Source of the DNA: an uncultured Actinomycetes bacterium
GTDB lineage: Bacteria; Actinomycetota; Thermoleophilia; Gaiellales; Gaiellaceae
Assembly: GCA_963762085.1 (NCBI GenBank)
Contig: CAVXJD010000003.1
Location: forward strand, 64,506-128,505
Length of the DNA stretch: 64,000 nt
Direction of reading: 5' to 3'
The translations under genes and the position numbers were made by a program. A model generated the notes under the pieces. That model did no database searches, was not told the DNA's origin, and was given only the letters and a program-made list of their open reading frames with translations. Shown piece after piece: positions 55,918 to 63,590 of this stretch (positions within the stretch are counted from its first letter, which is position 1; every line of letters starts with the position of its first letter).

Positions 55918-55991
55918 CGGGACGTGGCGCAGCCTGGTAGCGCACCTGCTTTGGGAGCAGGGGGTCGCGAGTTCAAATCTCGCCGTCCCGA
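55918..55991 (+). tRNA. tRNA-Pro (anticodon UGG)
   Basis: Hand-folded cloverleaf. Acceptor CGGGACG/CGTCCCG, D stem GCGC/GCGC, anticodon stem CCTGC/GCAGG with loop TTTGGGA, T arm GCGAG-TTCAAAT-CTCGC, discriminator A. No CCA is encoded. Confidence 0.9.
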
Positions 55992-55999
55992 TAAGAAAA

Positions 56000-56021
56000 G
56001 GCCCTGGAAGCAGGGCCTTTT
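56000..56021. terminator. bidirectional rho-independent terminator
   Basis: GAAAA-GGCCCTG-GAAG-CAGGGCC-TTTT. It lies between the tRNA-Pro 3' end and the 3' end of the minus-strand gene at 56067. Confidence 0.75.
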
Positions 56022-56066
56022 CCGTCACTTGTTAGCTCGTCGGTGCCAACGCGAACCGGCGTCGCG

Positions 56067-57242
56067 TCAGACGTCCCCGTCCGGCACGATCCCCCGGCTG
56101 AAGCTTTCCACCTGTTCAGGGGTAAACGGCGGGCGGGAAAGCTGCTCGCTCAGGTGGAAGGCACAGAACATGTGGACGATGTAGTGCATCCGCTGCTGGA
56201 GATCCGACCAGTCGTGCGCGCCGCAGTCGTCGAGAGCCGGCGCAACCGGTTCAAACCGTGCCAGCAGCTCGACCAGATCCGTGTCGGCGGGCTCGTCGAG
56301 CGCCTCCGGGTACGCGTCGGCCAGGTGCGTCCCGAGGGCCAGCACCCGCTCCGGCAGCGACATGACCATGAACGACTCCGTGATCACTTCGCGTGCGAGC
56401 CTGCTCGCGCTTCGCTGCACGCCTCCCGCCACGACACCCACAACGACGGCGGCCGGTCGCCGGACAACAGGCCACCAGCGGCCTGCTGACGGGAAGAGAG
56501 CCTCGAGGGCGCGGCGCCCCAGATCCTTCTGTGTGGCGTAGGCGGCGTCGAGGGCCTCGCGAATCTGCGGCTGCAGGCGCGTCTGCTCGTGGAAGCCGAT
56601 TTCGAGGTTCGCGAGGACGGCGAGCTCGGTGCGCGCCTTCGGGTCGTGCTCGCGCTGCCGCCGCTCATAGCGGACGAACGCCCGGCGCAAGTAGCGCTGC
56701 CCCTCGGGTGGGTCACCGGGCTGCAGTCGGGCGAGGAAGCGCTGGAAGGAAGGAGACTCGGCCACGTCAGGCGGGCACTCATGGAGATAGCGCGCGAACT
56801 GGAGTCCGATCTCCTCGAACACCTTCAGGTTCCCGCGTGCGACGGCGTCGCTGGCACACTCGAACGCGTCGAACGGTGTGTGCAGCGCAGCCGTCAGGCG
56901 CCCCATCCGCGACTCGCGCTCAAACAGGCCGTGGCGTAGGAGCCGACGCCACAACGTCGCAATCGGATGCAGCAGCCAGCGGTCCTGGCCGAGCTTGCGG
57001 CTGAAGTGCTCGACTAGATCCTCACCGCGGATCGTCCGCCCCGCCTGGCGCGAGGCCCACGTGGCGTACGTGCACCAGTTCGCGCCCTCGCCGCTTCGTT
57101 CCGTGAACGCCGCCGCGAGACGCGAGTAGCAGTAGGTGATCTCGAGGTTTCGGATGATCGGGTTCGCGATCGCGACGATCCGCCGGACATCGTCCGCACT
57201 CGGTATCTGCGTCGATCGGTTCGAATCGGGTCTCACGGCCAT
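56067..57242 (-). CDS. hypothetical all-alpha protein, unknown family
   Basis: 391 aa with high GC3. Has conserved-looking blocks (NLEITYCYSRLAAAF, GANWCTYATWASRQAGRTIRGEDL). I cannot assign a family. Confidence 0.6.
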   Translation of the reverse strand: MAVRPDSNRSTQIPSADDVRRIVAIANPIIRNLEITYCYSRLAAAFTERSGEGANWCTYATWASRQAGRTIRGEDLVEHFSRKLGQDRWLLHPIATLWRRLLRHGLFERESRMGRLTAALHTPFDAFECASDAVARGNLKVFEEIGLQFARYLHECPPDVAESPSFQRFLARLQPGDPPEGQRYLRRAFVRYERRQREHDPKARTELAVLANLEIGFHEQTRLQPQIREALDAAYATQKDLGRRALEALFPSAGRWWPVVRRPAAVVVGVVAGGVQRSASRLAREVITESFMVMSLPERVLALGTHLADAYPEALDEPADTDLVELLARFEPVAPALDDCGAHDWSDLQQRMHYIVHMFCAFHLSEQLSRPPFTPEQVESFSRGIVPDGDV

Positions 57243-57324
57243 AGCGTCTCACGGAGCGCAGACCTGTCGCCTGGCCGGTGCGATACCCACGAGAAGTCGC
57301 TCGTCGGCGAGTAGTCTCCCGCCG

Positions 57325-58083
57325 GTGAGCGAGCCCCATGCCGATGTCGTCGAGGAGGGCCGCCGGCTCGTCACCCTCGCGCTGCAGGAAAACCTGCCGC
57401 TTCGTCTTCTGGGGGGTGTCGCGATCAGGCTCCGCGGCCCCGAGACAGGACATTCGGCGCTCGAGCGCTCCTACGCGGATCTCGACTTCGCAGCCGGAAA
57501 GGGCTCGTCCAGGAAAGCGGCGTCCTTCTTCGAGGTGGCGGGCTACGTTCCGGATGTCGCCTTCAACACCCTCCAGGGAAGCGAGCGCTTGCTCTTCTGG
57601 GACGGCGCCAACCGGCGGCAGGTGGACGTGTTCGTCGGCGCGTTCTCGATGTCCCACAAGATTCCGCTCGCGGACCGCCTCGAGCTCGAGCCGGTCTCGG
57701 TTCCGCTCGCTGAGCTCCTCCTGACGAAGCTCCAGATCGCCGAGCTGAACGAGAAGGACGTGCGAGACACGCTGGCGCTCCTCCTCGAGCACCCGGTCGG
57801 AGACGAGGACGGCGACACCGTCAACGCCGCCCGTGTCGCGGCGCTTTGCGCCGCGGACTGGGGGCTCTGGCGCACCATCACCGGGAATCTGGAGGCAACG
57901 CTCGCCCGCCTGGATGCCTATGCCCTGTCGGCGGACGAGCAGCGCCTCGTGGCTGACCGGGCACGGGCGCTTCTCGACCGCATCGAGGCGGAGCCAAAGT
58001 CTCGCGCCTGGCGCCTTCGCGCGCGCATCGGGGAGCGAAAGCGGTGGTACGAGCTACCGGAAGAGGTTGCCGGCGGGCCCTAG
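57325..58083 (+). CDS. nucleotidyltransferase-fold protein (MNT/AbiEii-like minimal NTase)
   Basis: The in-frame GTG at 57325 gives 252 aa. LRLLGGVAIRL...SYADLDFAA fits the G-[GS]-x(9-13)-D-x-D NTase signature. The C-terminal half is helical. Confidence 0.5.
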   Translation: MSEPHADVVEEGRRLVTLALQENLPLRLLGGVAIRLRGPETGHSALERSYADLDFAAGKGSSRKAASFFEVAGYVPDVAFNTLQGSERLLFWDGANRRQVDVFVGAFSMSHKIPLADRLELEPVSVPLAELLLTKLQIAELNEKDVRDTLALLLEHPVGDEDGDTVNAARVAALCAADWGLWRTITGNLEATLARLDAYALSADEQRLVADRARALLDRIEAEPKSRAWRLRARIGERKRWYELPEEVAGGP

Positions 58084-58097
58084 GGGCGAGTCGAGCG

Positions 58098-58141
58098 GTT
58101 GCAAGCACCGCTGCCGCGTTGCAATACTTGCGTCGGTGCAA
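58098..58141 (+). promoter_or_regulatory. three GTTGCAA/GGTGCAA repeats, candidate IclR operator
   Basis: GTTGCAA at 58098 and 58118, and GGTGCAA at 58135, which overlaps the iclR GTG. TTGCAA is itself palindromic. A GCAA-TAC-TTGC inverted repeat lies at 58121-58131. Confidence 0.3.
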
Positions 58142-58813
58142 TCCGCAGACAAGGCACTCGCGATCCTCGCAGCCTTCACCGAAGCGCGGCCCGAGCTCGG
58201 TGCGACCGAACTCGCTGGGGAGCTCGGGATGCACAAGAGCACCGTCTCGCGGCTTCTTGCAACGCTCGAGGCGCGCGGTCTCGTGCGCCGCGCCGGCGAT
58301 CGCTTTCTTCCCGGGCCGGAGCTGGCGCGACTCGGGTCCCTGGCCGCCAGAGGCCTGGCGCTTCTCCCCACCGCGCGCGATCCGCTCGCGCGTCTTGCAG
58401 ACGAGACCTCGGAGACGGTGAACCTCGCGATCCGGGAAGGCGATCGCGTCCTGAACGTGTACCAGGTCGAGACCTCCCACTTCGTCGGAGTGAAGGACTG
58501 GACCGGTCGAACGACACCGCTCGGCACGACCGCGAACGGCAAGGTGCTGCTCGCCTTCGGTGATGGCGGCGCTTCCACGGAGCTCGAAAGCATTCGTGGC
58601 TGCGGCTATGCGACGGCGGTGGAGGAGCTCGAGCCGGGCCTGAACTCCGCGGCCGCGCCGGTCTTCGATTGCACTGGCACTTGTGTGGCGGCGGTCTCGG
58701 TTGCAGGCCCGTCGTATCGCGTGACCGAAGAGCGGCTCGCAGATCTCGGCCGTGCATGCGTGGTGGCCGCGGACGAGATTTCTGCGGGCCTCGGGCACCG
58801 GAGAGCTGCTTGA
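58136..58813 (+). CDS. IclR-family transcriptional regulator
   Basis: The GTG at 58136 gives 225 aa. The HTH is VQSADKALAILAAF...LGATELAGELGMHKSTVSRLLATLE. The C-terminus is an IclR effector domain. Confidence 0.85.
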   Translation: MQSADKALAILAAFTEARPELGATELAGELGMHKSTVSRLLATLEARGLVRRAGDRFLPGPELARLGSLAARGLALLPTARDPLARLADETSETVNLAIREGDRVLNVYQVETSHFVGVKDWTGRTTPLGTTANGKVLLAFGDGGASTELESIRGCGYATAVEELEPGLNSAAAPVFDCTGTCVAAVSVAGPSYRVTEERLADLGRACVVAADEISAGLGHRRAA

Positions 58814-60030
58814 TGGCTTGGGAGGTGCGCACGTTCGGTCCGGGCGTGCTCGCGCCCGACGCCGCACGGATCGAGGGCTTGGCGCGCGCCGAGGCTGCAC
58901 TCGCCGGTGTCGACGTCGCGGTCGTCGAGCCGGGCGAGCCGGTGCGGGTCACGCACGTTCTTGATGCCGTCGAGCCACGGATCCGCCCTGACGGTCGCAA
59001 GGCATTTCCGACCGAGGATCGAGCGGGCGAGGGCGTGACGAATCGGATTAGCGACGTTGTTGTCCTTTCCTGCCTCGATTTCCCGGGAGAGGAACGTCCG
59101 CTGCACGAGCAGGAGTCGGTCGTCGATCTCGCAGGCCCGGCCGCCGAACTGACCCCTTTCGGCTCGATGCGTAACGTCGTCCTGACCTTCCGTCCCGGCG
59201 ACGATGCAGATCACCGAGCCATCGACAGCGCAGTTCGGCGTGCGACGCTTTGCGCGGCCGAGCTCCTGGCCGAGCCCACCCTGAGCGCCGAGCCGATCCA
59301 CACGCACACGTTCGCGCTCGAGCCGGCGGACGACGATTCGCTTCCGTCCATCGCGGCGCTCGTGCAACTGTCTGATCTCGGCCAGCTCTACCAGCTCTAC
59401 CTCTACGGAACCCCGGTCGGCGAGAGCGGTCTCCCGAAGCTCGTCGATCCGGCGGAGGTGATGGACGGAGCCGTGACTGCGGGCGAGTACCACTGGGCCG
59501 CGATGCGCAACCCGACCTACTTCTTCCAGCTCAACTCACTGATACGAACTCTCTACCGCGAGCACGGTAAGCGCCTGCGCTTCGCGGGCGTCGTACTCAT
59601 GCGGGGGTACGAGCAGTCGGCGGATGACAAGCAGCGCGCCGCGGACGCGGCTGCGCGTGTCGCGGTCGGACTGGGCGTCGACGGAGTCGTGATCACGACC
59701 GATGCCGGCGGCAACAGCCACACCGACACCATGCTCACGTGCCGAGCCTGCGAGAACGCGGGCGTGAAGACATCGGTGATCGTCTGCGAGGAGACCGATT
59801 TAGAAGCGACCGGGCCGATCCTGACCGATTGGGTCCCTGAGGCCGACTGCATCGTCTCGACGGGGAACGTCGAGCAGCTCGCTCCGGCCTGGAAGCCCGA
59901 GCGAGTGCTGGGCGGCGATCACCTTCTCGACGGCACGCCTGCTGCCGAAGCGGGACCGATCCCGGTTCGCAACTATCTTGGCGCTACTAACCAGATGGGC
60001 CAGCTCGACCTCGGAGCGACGTCATGGTGA
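58813..60030 (+). CDS. glycine/sarcosine/betaine reductase component B alpha/beta proprotein-like (GrdE/GrdG/GrdI family)
   Basis: The in-frame ATG at 58813 overlaps the iclR stop (TGATG) and gives 405 aa. Family assignment rests on overall resemblance and on position immediately upstream of grdB. Substrate type is not assignable. Confidence 0.65.
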   Translation: MAWEVRTFGPGVLAPDAARIEGLARAEAALAGVDVAVVEPGEPVRVTHVLDAVEPRIRPDGRKAFPTEDRAGEGVTNRISDVVVLSCLDFPGEERPLHEQESVVDLAGPAAELTPFGSMRNVVLTFRPGDDADHRAIDSAVRRATLCAAELLAEPTLSAEPIHTHTFALEPADDDSLPSIAALVQLSDLGQLYQLYLYGTPVGESGLPKLVDPAEVMDGAVTAGEYHWAAMRNPTYFFQLNSLIRTLYREHGKRLRFAGVVLMRGYEQSADDKQRAADAAARVAVGLGVDGVVITTDAGGNSHTDTMLTCRACENAGVKTSVIVCEETDLEATGPILTDWVPEADCIVSTGNVEQLAPAWKPERVLGGDHLLDGTPAAEAGPIPVRNYLGATNQMGQLDLGATSW

Positions 60031-61301
60031 GGGCCGTCCACTACCTGAATCAGTTCTTCGCGGGGCTCGGCGGCGAGGAGGCCGCGGGCACCGAGCCGAC
60101 TCGTCTCGACGGCCCGGTCGGGCCTGGCAAGGGACTTGCCGCGGCCCTCGAGGGGATCGAGATCGTCTCGACTGTCGCGTGCGGCGACGACTACTTCGGC
60201 GAGCACGAGGAAACCGTACTCGGGCAGCTCTTCGAGTTGATCGAGCGTGACCGGCCCGACTTGCTGGTCGCCGGCCCTGCGTTCGGGTCCGGGCGGTACG
60301 GCTATGCCTGCGCTCGTGTCGCGGCCGAAGCGAGCAGGCGTGGGATCCCTGGGCTTGCGGCGATGCACGAGGAGAATCCGGGTGTTGCAGCAGCAGCGGG
60401 CAAAGTGCTGATCGTCCCCACGGCCGTAAACGTGACAGGCATGCGTGACGCGCTACCGCGGATCGCCTCTCTCGCGAGCGCGGTGGCGAGCGGCCGCGAG
60501 CTGGGCCCACCCGAAGAGGAGGGTTACCTCCCGCGGGGGCTCCGACGAAACCGGCACCACGGTGCGACGGGCGCCGAGCGAGCTGTGGACCTCCTCCTCG
60601 CGAAGCTGAACGGCGAGACGCGCTCCGAGGTCGGAGGGGCGTTCGACCTGGTCGATCCCCCGGCACGCGTGGGCGATCTCTCGCAGGCTCTCATCGCCCT
60701 GGTGACCGAAGCGGGGTGTGTTCCTCAGGGAAATCCTGATCGGTTGCCAAGTGTGCGCGCCCAGGCGTGGCTGCGATATTCGCTCGCCGGCGAGACGCGA
60801 CTCGAGGCTGGTGAGTACGAGAGCGTGCACGGCGGCTTCGACGTCGCCCGAGCGAACGAGGATCCGAACAGGCTCGTTCCGCTCGACACGGTGAGCGGCC
60901 TCGTCGACGAGGGCCGGATCGGCCGGCTGCATGAGTTCTTCTACACGACGACCGGGAATGGCACCCCCGTTTCAATCTCGACCGGATTCGGCCGTGAAAT
61001 CGCGCGAGAGTTGCGTGACGCCGGCGTTGAAGCCGTTCTCCTGTCGGGGACCTGAGGGACGGGCACGCGCTGCGGGGCAGTGCTCGCGAAGGAGATCGAA
61101 CGGGAGGGGATACCGACAGTGTTCGTGACCTCCCTGCCGACGATCTCGACGATGATCGGCGTCAACCGAACCCTTCGCGGCCCCGCGATCACTCATCCGT
61201 TCGGTCTCGACGAGGAGGAGCGACGCCAGATCGTCGAGCGAGCGCTCGAGATGCTCGAGACAGACGTCGAGCCGACCACGGTCTGGGAGGTTGCTTCGTG
61301 A
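60024..61301 (+). CDS. grdB: reductase complex selenoprotein B (GrdB family), Sec at in-frame UGA 61053-61055
   Basis: Track ORFs 60024..61055 and 61080..61301 are in the same frame. Read-through gives ...AVLLSGT-U-GTGTRCGAVLAKEIEREGIPTVFVTSLP..., the GrdB U-G-T-x-T-R-C-G-A motif. Total length is 425 aa. Confidence 0.85.
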
Positions 61302-61452
61302 GGATCAAGGGACTGAGGGTCGTTGTTCTTGACGCGCGTGTATCTCGGGTCCCGACCCGCCCCCCTGCTCACGCGCAAGCGTACTGCCCGAAAGCACTCG
61401 CGTGGCACACCGACTGTGCCACTGGCGTCACGAAAGTTGAGCCGCGAATCAC

Positions 61453-62784
61453 GTGAGTGGCGCCGCAATTCACGGGTGCTCGCTCGTGCTCGCCCACGCC
61501 CCTGACCTCGTGCAGCACGGGTCGAAGCCGGCGCGCGAGATCGCGGCGACGCAGGACGGCTTGCTAGCTCGAATCAACGTGGCCCTCCGCACGTACGACG
61601 AGGCCCTCGCCTACGCGCCGAACCAGGCGTTCGTCGGAAACCTCCGCCCCGAGGAGCTCTGGGAGGTCGAACGGCCTCGCTGGCGTCACCCCGTCAAGCC
61701 GAGCCGGAAGGGCCCGTACGGCGTCATCGTCGGCGAGGAAGAGCTCTACCGACGCATGGCCGAGGCGGACGTGTTCCAGCTCTTTCGCCTGAACGGCGAG
61801 GAGGCGGGAGACGGGGCTCTGCCGCTCGCGCTGCGCGGCCGGCTCGCCGGCTCGATGCTTCGCGCCCACGAGCTCGACGAGAGCCTCTCGGCCAGCGTGC
61901 TGCTCGAGAATCTCGCCTGCAAGACGACCGGGGCTCTAGCCCTCGAGCACCTCCTGAGCCAGACCGGCTTCCCTGCCGAAGAGGTCGACTATGCGCTCGG
62001 CTGCGGTGAGGAAGCTGTCGGGGATCGTTACCAGCGCGGTGGCGGAAACCTCGGGAAGGCGATCGCGGAGCAGGCCGGGTGCACGAATGCGTCCGGCGCA
62101 GACGTCAAGGCGTTCTGCGCGGGGCCGGTTCACGCAATCGTCGTTGCCGCATCGCTCGTCTCGGCGGGAGTCTTCAGCCACGTCGCCGTGGTCGCAGGCG
62201 GTTCGCTCGCGAAGCTCGGAATGAAGTTCTCGGGCGCCCTGAAGCATGACGTCCCGGTCCTCGAGGACGTTCTTGCTGGGCTTGCAATCCTGGTCGGCCC
62301 GCCAGGGGGCGGCGCTCCCGTCGTTCGGCTCGATGCCGTGGGGCGTCACAGAATCGGCTCCGGTTCGGCTCAGCAGGCCGTCCTCGAAGATCTCGTCGTC
62401 GAGCCTCTGAGTCGGCTGCGCCGCGGCATACTCGACGTCGACCGCTACGCAACGGAGCTCCACGACCCGGAGATCACTGAGCCGGCCGGCGCCGGGAACG
62501 TCCCGAGCCGGAACTACAAGCTGATCGGAGCGCTTGCGGTCAAGCGCGGGGAGCTTCCGCGAGACGAGCTCGACGGCTTCGAACGCCTGCGCGGGCTCCC
62601 CGGATACTCGCCGACCCAGGGACACGTCGCTTCTGCGGTCCCGTACCTCCCGCATGCGCTGAAGGCACTCCGAGCGGGTGATCTCGGCTCTGCGATGCTG
62701 GTCGCGAAGGGCTCGTTGTTCCTCGGTCGCATGACCGAGCTGGCTGACGGGATGTCCGTTCTGCTCGAACCCGGAAAGGAGTGA
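61453..62784 (+). CDS. grdC: reductase complex component C beta subunit-like (GrdC family, thiolase-like fold)
   Basis: 443 aa with a GTG start. Contains LVLAHAPDLVQHG, YAPNQAFVGN, RGGGNLGKAIAEQAGC, VVAGGSLAKLGMK, PAGAGNVPSRNYK, PTQGH and KGSLFLGRMT blocks. Confidence 0.8.
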   Translation: MSGAAIHGCSLVLAHAPDLVQHGSKPAREIAATQDGLLARINVALRTYDEALAYAPNQAFVGNLRPEELWEVERPRWRHPVKPSRKGPYGVIVGEEELYRRMAEADVFQLFRLNGEEAGDGALPLALRGRLAGSMLRAHELDESLSASVLLENLACKTTGALALEHLLSQTGFPAEEVDYALGCGEEAVGDRYQRGGGNLGKAIAEQAGCTNASGADVKAFCAGPVHAIVVAASLVSAGVFSHVAVVAGGSLAKLGMKFSGALKHDVPVLEDVLAGLAILVGPPGGGAPVVRLDAVGRHRIGSGSAQQAVLEDLVVEPLSRLRRGILDVDRYATELHDPEITEPAGAGNVPSRNYKLIGALAVKRGELPRDELDGFERLRGLPGYSPTQGHVASAVPYLPHALKALRAGDLGSAMLVAKGSLFLGRMTELADGMSVLLEPGKE

Positions 62785-62787
62785 TCG

Positions 62788-63114
62788 ATGGTCGAAGCAA
62801 CGCCGGAGACGTTCAAGGATCTGACACGGGAGGGAAGCGTCCTCGTCGACTTCTGGGGGCCGCGTTGTCAGCCGTGTCTGCAGATGATGCCGACCGTGGA
62901 GAAGCTCGAGCAGGAATCGGCGGGCGCCGTCAAGGTGGTGAAGGTGAACGCGACCGAGAATCGAGACGTATGTCGCGAGCTCCGCGTTTTCGGCCTGCCG
63001 ACGTACGTTCTTCTGCGCGACGGCGAGGAACTCGAGCGCCTCTCGGGGGACGTGTCCAAGGAGGACATCGAGAAGGCGTTCGCAACGCTCGGGAACGGAG
63101 GTGAGGCAGCATGA
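62788..63114 (+). CDS. thioredoxin-family protein with CQPC active site
   Basis: 108 aa. Contains [16 protein letters not shown]. An AAAGGAG ribosome-binding site is present. The stop overlaps the grdA ATG (ATGA). Confidence 0.85.
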   Translation: MVEATPETFKDLTREGSVLVDFWGPRCQPCLQMMPTVEKLEQESAGAVKVVKVNATENRDVCRELRVFGLPTYVLLRDGEELERLSGDVSKEDIEKAFATLGNGGEAA

Positions 63115-63575
63115 AGCTCGAGGGAAAGAAAGTGATCGCGCTGGGTGAGCGGGACGGTGTCCCGGGCCCGGCCATCGCCGATGCAGTCAGGTCGGCCGGC
63201 GCTGAGGTCGTCTTCGTCGAGACGGAGTGCTTCGTCTGAACGGCGGCAGGCGCCATGGACCCCGAGAACCAGGACCGCATCAAGAGCCTGGTCGACGAGC
63301 ACGGGGCCGACGACCTGGTGGTGGTGCTCGGAGCCGCTGACCTCGAGTCGCTCGAAGTCACGGCCGAGACGGTCACTGTCGGAGATCCGGCCTACGTGGG
63401 TCCGCTGGCAGGAGTTCAGTTGGGACTCCCCGTTGTTCACATCCTCGAAGAGGACATCAAGGATCAGATCGACCCTCAGGTCTACGAGGATCAGGTCGGG
63501 CTGCTCGAGATGACGCTCGACGTCGAGCAGGTGCGTGAGGCGGTGAAGAGCTTCCCGGGCCGGGACGGCGCCTGA
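63111..63575 (+). CDS. grdA: reductase complex selenoprotein A, Sec at in-frame UGA 63237-63239
   Basis: From ATG 63111: [54 protein letters not shown]...[14 protein letters not shown]... This is the canonical C-F-V-U-T-A-A-G-A-M-D motif with U at codon 43. The track shows only the part downstream of the UGA. Confidence 0.9.
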
Positions 63576-63590
63576 GCCGCCCAGCCAGGT

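Noticed and set aside
55992-58100. An integrase, transposase or attachment-site repeat next to tRNA-Pro that would prove a mobile island
   Set aside because: I found no recombinase-like ORF and, by eye, no direct repeat of the tRNA 3' half. The island idea is kept only as an inference in the findings.
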